Part shown: positions 46,341-55,753 of the stretch, piece by piece
How positions within the stretch are numbered: position 1 is the first letter of the stretch
Layout: each line of letters opens with the position of its first letter
From: Rhodoferax sp.
GTDB taxonomy: Bacteria; Pseudomonadota; Gammaproteobacteria; Burkholderiales; Burkholderiaceae_C
Length of the DNA stretch: 56,864 bases
NCBI GenBank assembly: GCA_043776215.1
Contig: JAYVRP010000807.1
Location: 1-56,864, forward strand
Direction of reading: 5' to 3'
Notes under the pieces: model-generated
Databases searched by the model: none
Seen by the model: only the letters and a program-made list of their open reading frames with translations
What the model was told of the DNA's origin: nothing
Translations under genes and position numbers: made by a program

Positions 46341-47516
46341 ATGGCCATGATGAGACGGTTTTTTTTGTGGGCACTTGCCGCTTTGTGCGTGCAAGGAGCG
46401 CAGGCGCAGCAGACAGTGAAGATCGGAATAGTCGCGCCTTTCAGTGGACAGTTCGCCGCTTATGGTGAGCAGATGAAGCGTGGGGTGGAGTTGTACCTTG
46501 AAGAGATCGGCGGGCGGGCCGGCAATACCAAGATCGAAGTCATCTATCGCGACGAGTCCGGTGGACCGGAGCGTGTTCGGCAAGTCACGCAGGAAATGAT
46601 CGTTAACGACGGTGTGCAAGCGCTTGGCGGTTATGTCTTTACGCCCAGTGCATTGGCCATCGCGCCGGTCATCACCCAAAGCAAGACACCGACAGTCATC
46701 TTCAATGCCGCGACGGGGATGATCACGCGTCGCTCACCCTACTTCGCCCGGGTGTCCCACACCCAATGGTCGGGCGCGGCGACGATCGCCGAGTGGGCGG
46801 CCAAGAATGGCGTCAAGGATGCTTACGTCGCCGTCTCGGATTACGCGCCTGGACACGACGCACGCGATGCTTTCAAGTCGGTCTTTGCCAAACTCGGCGG
46901 AAAGATCGTCGGCGAGGTGAACATCCCCCTGCCGACAACGGATTTCGGGCCATTCATGCAGCGCATACGCGATGCAAAGCCGGGGGCGGTTTACGTCTTC
47001 ATGCCGGTCGGCCCGCCATCCGTTTCCTTTGTCAAGACCTTTGCCTCCTATGGACTGGCCAAGGATGGCGTCAAACTTCTCGGAACTGGGGAAACCGATG
47101 AACTCGACATAGCGGCAATAGGGGAGTCTGCCATCGGCATCGTGACCTCTTACCACTACTCGCCATTTCTGGACAACCCCGAGAATAAGCGCCATGTCGC
47201 GGCTTTCAAGAAGAAATATGGGCCAGCTGCGATGACCAATTTTGCGTCCACTGCCGCATACGATGGTATGCATGCGATCGCGGACGTGGTTGCCAAGCTC
47301 GGCGACAAGGTCGATGGCGACAAGGCGATGGACGTCCTTAAGGGCTGGAAGGCGGCCAGTCCGCGCGGGCCGATCCAGATTGATCCGGTGGAAAGGGACA
47401 TTATCCAGACGCAGTACATTCGGCGCGTGCAGAAGGTTGGTGACGTCATGGGCAATATCGCCTTTGACAAGTTTGATGCTGTAAAGGACCCATGGAAAGT
47501 ACTGAACCCACCGTGA
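46341..47516 (+). CDS. ABC substrate-binding protein (Leu/aromatic-acid-binding type)
   Basis: Signal peptide; VKIGIVAPFSG, VSDYAPGHD, SPRGPIQID...RDIIQ. Confidence 0.9.
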   Translation: MAMMRRFFLWALAALCVQGAQAQQTVKIGIVAPFSGQFAAYGEQMKRGVELYLEEIGGRAGNTKIEVIYRDESGGPERVRQVTQEMIVNDGVQALGGYVFTPSALAIAPVITQSKTPTVIFNAATGMITRRSPYFARVSHTQWSGAATIAEWAAKNGVKDAYVAVSDYAPGHDARDAFKSVFAKLGGKIVGEVNIPLPTTDFGPFMQRIRDAKPGAVYVFMPVGPPSVSFVKTFASYGLAKDGVKLLGTGETDELDIAAIGESAIGIVTSYHYSPFLDNPENKRHVAAFKKKYGPAAMTNFASTAAYDGMHAIADVVAKLGDKVDGDKAMDVLKGWKAASPRGPIQIDPVERDIIQTQYIRRVQKVGDVMGNIAFDKFDAVKDPWKVLNPP

Positions 47517-48382
47517 GCCCGACTGCGCCCGCCAGCCCGTGCATGCCGGCAGGCAGTGCAGGCCACGAATACAACACCCGTCTGTGGGCGCCCGACTTTG
47601 CCGCCACGCTGGAACGCCTGGCTCTCTTGGGTGACCCCGTGCGACACAGACCAGGTGCACAACTGGACCTGGCATGGGGTGCAGGGTCACGGCAGCTGCT
47701 CGACGTTTTCCTGCCGCATTGCGCGCGTGGGCCGCTAGTCGTCCACATCCATGGCGGGTATTGGCAATACCGATCCTCCGGCAAGGACGGAGGGAGCTTC
47801 CTGGCGCCGACGTTTACCGACCGTGGCGTCGCATTCGTTGCACTCCAATATGAGCTTTGTCCAGATGTCGACATGGATGGCATGGTTGAGCAGTTGCGCC
47901 AGGCGGTCGGCTGGATTCACCACCATTTGCCTGCGCTAGGCTTCGTGGCGCATCGGATGATCGTCACAGGGCATTCGGCAGGCGCGCATTTGGCTGCCAT
48001 GCTGGCGCTGACTGACTGGCCCTCGCGTGGCCTTCCCACGAATTTGGTCGCGGGAATCTGCGGCATCAGCGGCCTGTATGACCTTAGTCCGCTGGTGTCC
48101 ACTTATGTGAACGAGGCCCTGAGGCTCGTTCCGGAAAGCGCTGAGCGCAACAGTCCCATGAACTTGCTGCGCCGCGGGTGTCCGCCGATGCTTTTGGCCG
48201 TCGGCGGCCGCGAGAGTCCATCGTTCAAATTGCAAACGACCAAGTTCGCGGCGGCGGGGGCGCTCGCTGGCATATCGGTTGACCCGTTCGAACTGGAAGG
48301 CCTTGACCACTACACCGCGATAGAAGCATTGGCGCAGGAGGACCACCCATTGCAACGCGCCCTTTTGGCCATGTTGGCATAA
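47492..48382 (+). CDS. Alpha/beta hydrolase, arylformamidase (kynurenine formamidase)-like
   Basis: IHGGYWQ, GHSAGAHL, ISGLYDL, ES..F..Q, DHY; start may be GTG 47513. Confidence 0.82.
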   Translation: MESTEPTVSPTAPASPCMPAGSAGHEYNTRLWAPDFAATLERLALLGDPVRHRPGAQLDLAWGAGSRQLLDVFLPHCARGPLVVHIHGGYWQYRSSGKDGGSFLAPTFTDRGVAFVALQYELCPDVDMDGMVEQLRQAVGWIHHHLPALGFVAHRMIVTGHSAGAHLAAMLALTDWPSRGLPTNLVAGICGISGLYDLSPLVSTYVNEALRLVPESAERNSPMNLLRRGCPPMLLAVGGRESPSFKLQTTKFAAAGALAGISVDPFELEGLDHYTAIEALAQEDHPLQRALLAMLA

Positions 48383-48399
48383 CACACTATGGGTGCTCC

Positions 48400-48921
48400 A
48401 TGATCAGCATAATTGAATCGCGGCTTGACGGCTTGGGCATTGTGTTGCCGCCGCCACTGGTACTGCCCAGCGCGAACAGAACTTCGGCCGTGATGATTGG
48501 CGACATGGTCTACGTTTCCGGGCACGGCGCCCAGCTGCTTGACGATGACACTCTGGCGCGCCGTGGAAAGGTTGGTCGCGAAGTGAGCGAAGAGCAAGCC
48601 TACGCGGTGGCACGCGCGTTGGCCATCAAGATGATTGCCACGCTGAAACATCGATTGTCCGATCTCGATCGGGTTCTGCAGGTGGTGAAAATCACCGGCT
48701 TCGTCAATGCGACGCCACAATTCGAGCGCCACAACATGGTGGTCAACGGCGCCTCGGATCTGTTGTTCGAGGTTTTCGGCCCGGAGGCCGGGTGCCACGC
48801 GCGATCCAGCGTTGGCGTGGTGGGCCTTGTGGGCGACCAGCCGGTGGAAATTGAAGGGGTCTTTTACGTGGCCCCGCTGGCTCGCACACCGGACGCTCAA
48901 GCCGCTGTCGAGCAGCATTAA
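48400..48921 (+). CDS. RidA/YjgF family protein
   Basis: VYVSGH, GKVG, VVKITGFVN, VNGASDL, HARSSVGV, VEIE. Confidence 0.88.
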   Translation: MISIIESRLDGLGIVLPPPLVLPSANRTSAVMIGDMVYVSGHGAQLLDDDTLARRGKVGREVSEEQAYAVARALAIKMIATLKHRLSDLDRVLQVVKITGFVNATPQFERHNMVVNGASDLLFEVFGPEAGCHARSSVGVVGLVGDQPVEIEGVFYVAPLARTPDAQAAVEQH

Positions 48922-48943
48922 GCGGCGGCGGCAATTGGTGGCG

Positions 48944-49858
48944 ATGATCGAAGAAAACCAAATCGTGGCTGCTGCCGGTGATGCGTGGCCGGGCGCGGCG
49001 ACGGCCGCAGTGCCCGGCACACTCGACCACGAGTACAACACCCGGGCGTGGGCGAACGACTACCGCCTGACACTCGACCGCCACAAGCGCCAAGGGGAGG
49101 TCGTACGACAGAGTCCTGGGGCACTGCTGGGCATTCCTTGGGGCGCGCGGCCACGCCAGCGACTGGACCTGCTGCTGCCGCCAGCACTGCGGGGACCCTT
49201 GGTGCTCTACCTGCATGGGGGCTTCTGGCAGTTCCGCAACTCTGGCAAGGAGGGTGGCGCATTCCTTGCGCCGGAATTCCTCAAACGCGGCATCGCGTAT
49301 GCCGGCGTATCCTATGAGCTGTGCCCCGAGATGAGCATGAGCCGCATGGTGGCGCAGATCCGTGATGCGGTTCTGTGGCTGGTGAATCGGGCGCCAGGTT
49401 TCGGCTACGAAGTTGAGCGGCTCACACTAGTGGGGCATTCGGCCGGTGCCCACCTTGCCGTGATGATGGCGTTGACGGATTGGGAACTCCTCGGCGCCCG
49501 GCGCGACCTGATCGCCGGCGTATGCGGTGTCAGCGGCATCTATGACCTTCGGCCCCTGCTGTCGACCAACCTCAATCAAGCGTTGCGCATGACGCCTGAC
49601 GAGGCAGAACGGGAAAGCCCGTTGTTGAATCTGCGTGTCAGGGTCCCGCCCGTACTGCTCTCGGTTGGACGCCAGGAAAGCGCCGAATTCAAACGCCAGA
49701 CCCAAACCTTTGCACGCGCGTGCGCGGACAAGCACATCCCGGTGGAAGTGTTTGAGTTGGCAGGCCGGGACCACTATGCGGCGATCGAGGACGTTGTCGC
49801 GCCGGGGCACGCGCTGAGCCAGGCGACCATGGCGTTGGCATCCGGAACAACGGTGTGA
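48944..49858 (+). CDS. Second arylformamidase-like hydrolase (paralog of 47492-48382)
   Basis: HEYNTRAWA, LHGGFWQ, GHSAGAHL, VSGIYDL, DHY. Confidence 0.82.
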   Translation: MIEENQIVAAAGDAWPGAATAAVPGTLDHEYNTRAWANDYRLTLDRHKRQGEVVRQSPGALLGIPWGARPRQRLDLLLPPALRGPLVLYLHGGFWQFRNSGKEGGAFLAPEFLKRGIAYAGVSYELCPEMSMSRMVAQIRDAVLWLVNRAPGFGYEVERLTLVGHSAGAHLAVMMALTDWELLGARRDLIAGVCGVSGIYDLRPLLSTNLNQALRMTPDEAERESPLLNLRVRVPPVLLSVGRQESAEFKRQTQTFARACADKHIPVEVFELAGRDHYAAIEDVVAPGHALSQATMALASGTTV

Positions 49859-49938
49859 CCGCGCGGGCCTGGATTTCTGTCGCCCGCGCCGCTGGCAGGT
49901 CCGCCCCAGCAGGCACCAGAGTCCCGGCGGGTTGCATG

Positions 49939-51174
49939 CTAGGGTTCCACTGGATCATGAGGGTCGAGATCGGTGACTGCTTGCCGGATCGCAGCGATGA
50001 GCGCCTCGGCCGCTGGTGATGGGATCGACCCTGCGCGTCGGATCAGTCCGACCTGATGACGCAATTCGGGTATCTCAATCGGCAATAGCGCCAGCATGCC
50101 AAAGCGCAGCTCATGCTCGATCTCGTGGCGCGACAGAACCGTGACGAAGTCGCTTTCCATCAGCAGCCCTCGGTTCATTGCAAGCGATGCGGTCTCTGCA
50201 ACCACGGTCGGATGCGCGAAGCCGGTGCCCTCCCAAGCCTTGTCGAACATCTGCCTGGAAAGGGTCCCGGTCCGGCCAAGAATCCAGCCTGCGTCAAGCA
50301 GGGCCGCGAGGGAAAAGGGTCGGACACGGGTGAGCGGGTGTCCAGCCCGCACGACCAGTGACAACTGATCGTCGATCAACGGCTCGCCATCGAGATCCGA
50401 TCCGACGGGGAAAGGGCGTAAGGCCGCAAGAACCATGTCCAGCTCGCCGGCCCTGAGTGCCACGGCGAGGGTGTCGAACGGACCTTCAGTGACCGATATC
50501 CGTACTGAAGGATGCATGCGCAGCAGGCGTGCCGCAGCGCGGGGCAGGATCGCGGTGCGCCCGAATGGTGTGGCACCAATACGCGCGATGCCGCGCATCA
50601 TCCCCTGCAATGCGGCCAATTCCTCAGCGGCCTGCCGCAGTTCGTCCAGAGCTAGTCTGATTCTTCTTGTCAAGGCAAGCGCGGCGGCGGTCGGGACAAG
50701 GCCTCGCGGGGTACGGTCAAACAGTCTGATCTTGAGGCCGCCTTCGATGTCCCGGACGGCTGCGCTGACCGCTGGTTGGGTAATGCCGACGCGCTTGGCG
50801 GCATCCGGCATGTTGCGCAGCTCGGCCAACGCGACCAGCGCGGCCAGGCGGCGCGTCCCGACCTGCAACGAAAACACGGGCGCTGAGGCCGCCACCGGCT
50901 GTCCATGCGCCTCGGCGACTTCGCGGCCCGCCGTCGCAAGCTCGGCAACTGCCCTCTGCGCTCGCCACAATAAGGCTTCACCGTACACAGTCAATACCAT
51001 GCCGACCGCGTTGCGCTCGAACAGCTTGACACCGAGGCTACCTTCCAGTTCCAGGATCGAACGCGTGACGGCTGACTGCGCTCGATAGATGCGCATGGCT
51101 CCCCGTGACACGCGCCCGGTTTCGGCGACCGCGAGAAATGCCTTCAAATGGCGCAGGTTGATCATGTTGGGCAT
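49939..51174 (-). CDS. LysR regulator with tandem HTH domains (GalR/LigR-like)
   Basis: HTH1 NLRHLKAFLAVAETG..AQSAVTRSI; HTH2 RRLAALVALAE..ITQPAVSAAV; 411 aa. Confidence 0.88.
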   Translation of the reverse strand: MPNMINLRHLKAFLAVAETGRVSRGAMRIYRAQSAVTRSILELEGSLGVKLFERNAVGMVLTVYGEALLWRAQRAVAELATAGREVAEAHGQPVAASAPVFSLQVGTRRLAALVALAELRNMPDAAKRVGITQPAVSAAVRDIEGGLKIRLFDRTPRGLVPTAAALALTRRIRLALDELRQAAEELAALQGMMRGIARIGATPFGRTAILPRAAARLLRMHPSVRISVTEGPFDTLAVALRAGELDMVLAALRPFPVGSDLDGEPLIDDQLSLVVRAGHPLTRVRPFSLAALLDAGWILGRTGTLSRQMFDKAWEGTGFAHPTVVAETASLAMNRGLLMESDFVTVLSRHEIEHELRFGMLALLPIEIPELRHQVGLIRRAGSIPSPAAEALIAAIRQAVTDLDPHDPVEP

Positions 51175-51341
51175 GGGTTGCTGGCACAGCCGTGATCGTG
51201 GAGCCCGGTCGTCGCCAAACGCTCATGATAAATAGATTCGATTGACGCGCAGACGCTTTTGCACTGGCGAAGTGACGCAATGCCGACGCACAATTCACGG
51301 CAACGATCCTGTGTCGACCTGAGCCCTCAGCCATCCGAAAC

Positions 51342-52331
51342 ATGAATGTCACTGCATACGCCGCTTCTGTGGGGCACTCTGTTTGGTTCAGCCATGATCT
51401 TGGAACGAATTGGGCCCGCGCGCACACCCACTTTGGTGGTGTCTACAACGAATCTCGCTGCTGGGCCGTGTCGACCCACCCGCGACGGCCTGGCGAGGTG
51501 CTGGCAGGAACTGATCAGGGCGTGTACCGGTGGGACCCAGTGGTAAAGCGATGGGACCACCTGCCATCACCGCTTGATCCGTTCCAGATTCTCCAGATTG
51601 CCCAGGCGCCGTGGGACCCGGACTTCATACTTGCAGGGACCCGACCGGCCGAGTTGTTCCGCTCGATGGATGGTGGCGCCAACTGGCAGCGCCTCCAGCT
51701 TGGCAATGCGGTGGAGTGCGCCTTCATCAATACCCCTCGCGTCACGTCCGTTCACTTTGACCCACGCGACCGTGACGCGTTGTGGGTGACGATTGAAATC
51801 GACGCGATTTGGCGTAGCTTGGACAGGGGGGAAAGCTGGGAGAGGCTCGATAAGGGCCTGTTGACCGATGACGTGCATACCATCGTGCTGGTGGATGAAA
51901 TCGGACCAAGGCGTATCCTGGTGGCCACCGAGGAGGGCCTGCACCGGTCCGACGATGATGGCAAGACGTTCTATTCGGTGAAGGTGCCGCAGGCCCCGTG
52001 GCCGTACTATCGCGCTATGGCCGCAAGGACCGACCGGCAAGGGGTGGTGTTCCTGTCCGCAGGCGATCGGCCATCTGGCGAAACCGGCATGCTGTTACGC
52101 AGCCGGGATTGGGGTGAGACGTGGGAAGACGTTCGTCTTCCTGGCCGCGTCAACAGCACGATCTGGTCCATCGCGACGCATCCCGCTGACCCGTTGCTGA
52201 TCTTCTGCTGCACGATCTTCGGCCAGGTCTTCCGCTCCACCGACGGAGGCGAGACATGGACCAAGCTGGAACGCGAACTCGGCGAGCTGCGCATGCTCGC
52301 ATGGGCACCGACGATGGAGGCCACACCATGA
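51342..52331 (+). CDS. BNR/Asp-box beta-propeller protein
   Basis: Repeated S.D.G..W boxes (SHDLGTNW, SMDGGANW, SLDRGESW, SDDDGKTF, SRDWGETW, STDGGETW); no signal peptide. Confidence 0.85.
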   Translation: MNVTAYAASVGHSVWFSHDLGTNWARAHTHFGGVYNESRCWAVSTHPRRPGEVLAGTDQGVYRWDPVVKRWDHLPSPLDPFQILQIAQAPWDPDFILAGTRPAELFRSMDGGANWQRLQLGNAVECAFINTPRVTSVHFDPRDRDALWVTIEIDAIWRSLDRGESWERLDKGLLTDDVHTIVLVDEIGPRRILVATEEGLHRSDDDGKTFYSVKVPQAPWPYYRAMAARTDRQGVVFLSAGDRPSGETGMLLRSRDWGETWEDVRLPGRVNSTIWSIATHPADPLLIFCCTIFGQVFRSTDGGETWTKLERELGELRMLAWAPTMEATP

Positions 52332-53011
52332 GCACCCTGGACGTCGTGCTCCCGCTGGCGTGGCCGAAATATGTAGTGGACCGGGTACTGGCCAAGCGCG
52401 GCCGGCTCAACGTCTTCGAACGTTTTTCCGTCAATGAGACCGCCCTGCTGGTGATCGACATGCAGAACTTCTATGTGTCAGAGGTCAGCACGGCGCGGGC
52501 GATTGTTCCCAATATCAATCGGCTGGCGGTTGCCATGCGTGACCTGGGCGCGACGGTCGCGTGGGTGTGCATGACCGCCGGCAAGGATGGGGCGAGCCTT
52601 TGGAGCATTTACCACGACAACTTCTTCACGCCTGCCAAGGGAGCCAATCACCGGGACCAGCTCTCCGAAGGTGCGCATGGACATGAGCTTTATGCGGCGC
52701 TGGACGCAAAGCCATCGGACCTGCATGTTTGGAAAACTCGCTTCTCGCCGTTCATCGCTGGCAGCTCCAGTCTGGACTCGATGCTGCGGGCCCGACAGAT
52801 CCGCAATCTGATCGTAGTTGGCACCGCCACCAACATGTGCTGCGAGTCGGCAGCGCGCGACGCAATGATGCTCGACTACCGGGTCATCATGGTGTCCGAT
52901 GCATGTGCGGCACGCTATGACGAAGACCACGTGGCCGGCCTGACGTCGTTCTACCAAAGCTTCGGTGACGTGCGCTCGACCGACGACGTGATCGGGCAGG
53001 TTCTGGCCTAA
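52328..53011 (+). CDS. Isochorismatase-family cysteine hydrolase
   Basis: ALLVIDMQN, KTRFSPF, GTATNMCCESAARDA. Confidence 0.9.
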   Translation: MSTLDVVLPLAWPKYVVDRVLAKRGRLNVFERFSVNETALLVIDMQNFYVSEVSTARAIVPNINRLAVAMRDLGATVAWVCMTAGKDGASLWSIYHDNFFTPAKGANHRDQLSEGAHGHELYAALDAKPSDLHVWKTRFSPFIAGSSSLDSMLRARQIRNLIVVGTATNMCCESAARDAMMLDYRVIMVSDACAARYDEDHVAGLTSFYQSFGDVRSTDDVIGQVLA

Positions 53012-53046
53012 GTTCCGAGCTGCGAGTTATCCTGTTCGAGAGCCTT

Positions 53047-53586
53047 GTGTTCATTTACCGCCCCCATGTCCATCAGCTCGATGGCACGATCACGCCCGAC
53101 ATCGTCGTCGTCGGTGCCCGGATTCCTGGACAATCCTCGCCGGCCATCCTCTCCGACTTAGTTCAGCTGGAGATCGGTGCCGACCTGCCTGAGGTATCCG
53201 TTGTACCGGCCACGCTACTCGTGGCCGCCGGCTACGGAACGCTATTGGCACCGGCATTCGCGCTCAAGCGCAAAGGGACATCGGACACCTGGTTATGCCT
53301 CATCGGGCGCACCGCATGGCGGTTGTCGGACGTCGAGGAGCACCCAGATCGGCTGGAGATGTCAATCACATGGTCACAGTCCGGTGCGAGCGAGGCCAAA
53401 GGTGTGCGTCCGAACGTCAAGGCCTGGCAGTTGCCTGGCCAGGGTTTGGCACTGTGCGTCGCCGAACCCGCCCTTCGGCCTGACCCTGCGAGCCCGTGGT
53501 GCGCAGTGCAGTTGCGCGACCCAGTCCGCGGGCGCAGCCTGCAGCACCGGATCGATCTGAAGACCCAACCGCGCGAGCCTACCTGA
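53047..53586 (+). CDS. Hypothetical protein
   Basis: 179-aa ORF co-oriented after the hydrolase; no motif recognised. Confidence 0.45.
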   Translation: MFIYRPHVHQLDGTITPDIVVVGARIPGQSSPAILSDLVQLEIGADLPEVSVVPATLLVAAGYGTLLAPAFALKRKGTSDTWLCLIGRTAWRLSDVEEHPDRLEMSITWSQSGASEAKGVRPNVKAWQLPGQGLALCVAEPALRPDPASPWCAVQLRDPVRGRSLQHRIDLKTQPREPT

Positions 53587-53639
53587 CGCACCGGTTGCAT
53601 AGCGCCGAGTACCGCACGCTGCGCATAGCAACTGCACGA

Positions 53640-54107
53640 CGGGAACCGCGCTTGAGATTGTCTGGGGCGAGCCTGACGGTGGCTCGTGCAAGCCGACTGT
53701 CGAGCGCCACGTGCAAGCGAAAGTCCGCACTATGGTGGGCCTATGCCCGATCTCCGAGGTCACGCGTGAAAGCTATCGGCCGAATCCCGCGACCTGGATG
53801 ACTGGTTCCACAACGCGGTGATCTCCACAAGGCACAGAATCACCCACACAGCACCCGGTCCGACTGCATGCCACCCAGGAAACTAACTGTTGAGCGCCTC
53901 CGGCCGCACCTGCTCCAGCCCATCCACATCCCGCGCCGAGATGCAGATGCTCGCCAGAGTGCGCTCCTCGTGGTAGGGCCAAGGCTTTCCGCGATGCAGG
54001 GTCGCGCGTTCGTCCCAGACAAGCACATCGCCGGGTTGCCAGACGTGAGTGTATACCGCCGCTGTTCGAGTGGCAAAGGCGGTGACCTCGTCGATCAGGG
54101 CCTGCGA
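53640..54107. repeat. Right arm of the ~470-bp inverted duplication
   Basis: Homologous to 40936-41405 in reverse complement. Confidence 0.85.
53642..53821 (+). pseudogene. 3' fragment of a LigM-like gene
   Basis: GTALEIVWGEPDGGSCKPTVERHVQAKVRTMVGLCPISEVTRESYRPNPATWMTGSTTR stop, matching the C-terminus of 41225-42625. Confidence 0.85.
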
Positions 54108-54770
54108 TTCATCAAGCGCCAGATCGTCCACCTGATATGCATGGGAGGCGATGTACAAGGCCTCCTGGCCATTGCGCGGGTTGGGCCAGATGGCGCGCCA
54201 GGACTGGGGCTTCCAACGTGTGATGCGCTCCATCTTGGTCAGGTCGGCGGCAATCTTCGATCGTGAGTGCGAAAGGGCATGCGTGAGCACGGCGTTGCGC
54301 ATGCGCCCCTTCAGGTGCGCTGGCAAATCGTGCCAGGCGGCACGGGTCGAGACGAATTCGGTCTCGCCCCCAGTGGAGCTCAACACCCGGGCGGCGAGGA
54401 TGTTCGCCAACGCTGGGACCGGCAGGAAGGTGCTGTCGGTATGCCAGAGCTGGTTTCCCATCAGATTGAGCGTGAGCAGGTCATCGGCCGGCGCGACCGT
54501 GTTGTCGGCACGCAGGTTGCTGACGTTGTCCATGCGTGGCTGGGGGCCGTTCCTGCCCATTGAGCGGTCCTCGATCGGCCCCCAGAGCGCGCCAAATCGA
54601 AGGTGCGCTTCGTCATCGAGCTGCTGCGCGCGAAACAATAGCAGCGAATGCGTCTCAAATGCCTCGCGTATAGCGGGGTACCCGTGCTGCGGTGTGACAT
54701 CGCGCAAATCGACATCGTGCACCTCGACGCCGAACATCGGATGCAGTGGGGTGAGCAGGAGGGGCTTCAT
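53883..54770 (-). CDS. TauD/TfdA-family Fe(II)/2-oxoglutarate dioxygenase
   Basis: RBS AAGGA + ATG 54770; LWHTDSTF (HxD), GGETEF, WDERATLHRG. Confidence 0.92.
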   Translation of the reverse strand: MKPLLLTPLHPMFGVEVHDVDLRDVTPQHGYPAIREAFETHSLLLFRAQQLDDEAHLRFGALWGPIEDRSMGRNGPQPRMDNVSNLRADNTVAPADDLLTLNLMGNQLWHTDSTFLPVPALANILAARVLSSTGGETEFVSTRAAWHDLPAHLKGRMRNAVLTHALSHSRSKIAADLTKMERITRWKPQSWRAIWPNPRNGQEALYIASHAYQVDDLALDESQALIDEVTAFATRTAAVYTHVWQPGDVLVWDERATLHRGKPWPYHEERTLASICISARDVDGLEQVRPEALNS

Positions 54771-54930
54771 TTGCGCGTCCTTTCCGAGGTGGTTGTGTGG
54801 TTGACTGTCCAGGGAGCGTCGGTGACCTTGGTGCTTCAGAATTGCCCGCTCCAACGAGGTCACGACCATGTATTCTCCCATCGACGCGTTGCTCGCCTCC
54901 GATCAAGATGCCACGGCTAGACGCTTACGC

Positions 54931-54994
54931 TGAAGCTGGCCGCGTGCTGCTGCACCAGGGGGTACAGCGTCGTCTGCTCGAGGCGGTGGCGCTC
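54931..54994 (-). pseudogene. N-terminal stub of an IS91/ISCR-family transposase
   Basis: ERHRLEQTTLYPLVQQHAASF, matching the recalled N-terminal motif YERHRPEQTTLYRLVQQH. Confidence 0.65.
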
Positions 54995-55027
54995 CGAGCG
55001 GACATTGAGAAATTCGGAAATCCGCGA

Positions 55028-55057
55028 TTCGCATTAGTCCCAATTTGGTACTAGAAT
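55028..55057 (+). promoter_or_regulatory. higBA promoter with overlapping operator palindrome
   Basis: TTCGCA-N18-TAGAAT; imperfect inverted repeat TAGTCCCAA-T-TTGGTACTA at 55035-55053; ATG 7 nt after the -10 box (probably leaderless). Confidence 0.6.
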
Positions 55058-55064
55058 CCCCAGC

Positions 55065-55364
55065 ATGCGAGTGATTGCCGTGAAGATGCTGTCGGACTTC
55101 TATCGGCAAGACGCCTATCGGGACTGCGCTGGCCCGGCGAAGGCCTGGTACGCACTCACCACGGTCGCTCAATGGGCGCGGCCCGCCGACGTGGTTGCGG
55201 AGGTGCCAAAGGCCAGCATCCTCAAGGACGGTCGCGCCGTGTTCAACTTGGGTGGCAACAAATACAGGCTCGTGGTCTGGATCAACTACGACTACGCCAC
55301 GATTTACAGCCGGTTCATCGGCACCCACGCGCAGTACGACCAGATTGACGCACAGACGATTTGA
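55065..55364 (+). CDS. higB: HigB-family toxin
   Basis: MRVIA, W..PADV, AVFNLGGNKYRLVVWINY, FIGTHAQYDQID. Confidence 0.92.
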   Translation: MRVIAVKMLSDFYRQDAYRDCAGPAKAWYALTTVAQWARPADVVAEVPKASILKDGRAVFNLGGNKYRLVVWINYDYATIYSRFIGTHAQYDQIDAQTI

Positions 55365-55375
55365 AGGAGGCCATC

Positions 55376-55753
55376 ATGGATATTCAGCCGATCAAGAATG
55401 CGCGCAGCCATGCTGCCGCCCTCGCGCAGATCGAGGCACTGATGCACGCGAAACGTGACACGCCCGAAGGTGACCGCCTCGACGTGCTGGTGACGCTCGT
55501 GCAGGCCTATGAAGCGAAACACCACCCTATCGACCCGCCCGATCCGATCGAGGCGATCAGGTTCCGCATGGATCAGTCGGGGTTGGTCGTGAAGGACCTC
55601 GTGCCCTACATCGGTCCGATCAATCGTGTGTACGAAGTGCTCGCGCACAAGCGCCCGCTGACACTGAACATGATCCGACGGCTCACAAAGGGCTTGGGCA
55701 TTCCGGCCGACATCCTTATCAGCCAGTACCAGGAAGACGTCGAAACCGTGTGA
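55376..55753 (+). CDS. higA: HigA-family HTH antitoxin
   Basis: AAGGAGG + ATG; IQPIK, TPEGDRLDVLVTLVQAYE, DPIEAIRFRMDQ, KRPLTLNMIRRL..GLGIPADIL. Confidence 0.92.
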   Translation: MDIQPIKNARSHAAALAQIEALMHAKRDTPEGDRLDVLVTLVQAYEAKHHPIDPPDPIEAIRFRMDQSGLVVKDLVPYIGPINRVYEVLAHKRPLTLNMIRRLTKGLGIPADILISQYQEDVETV

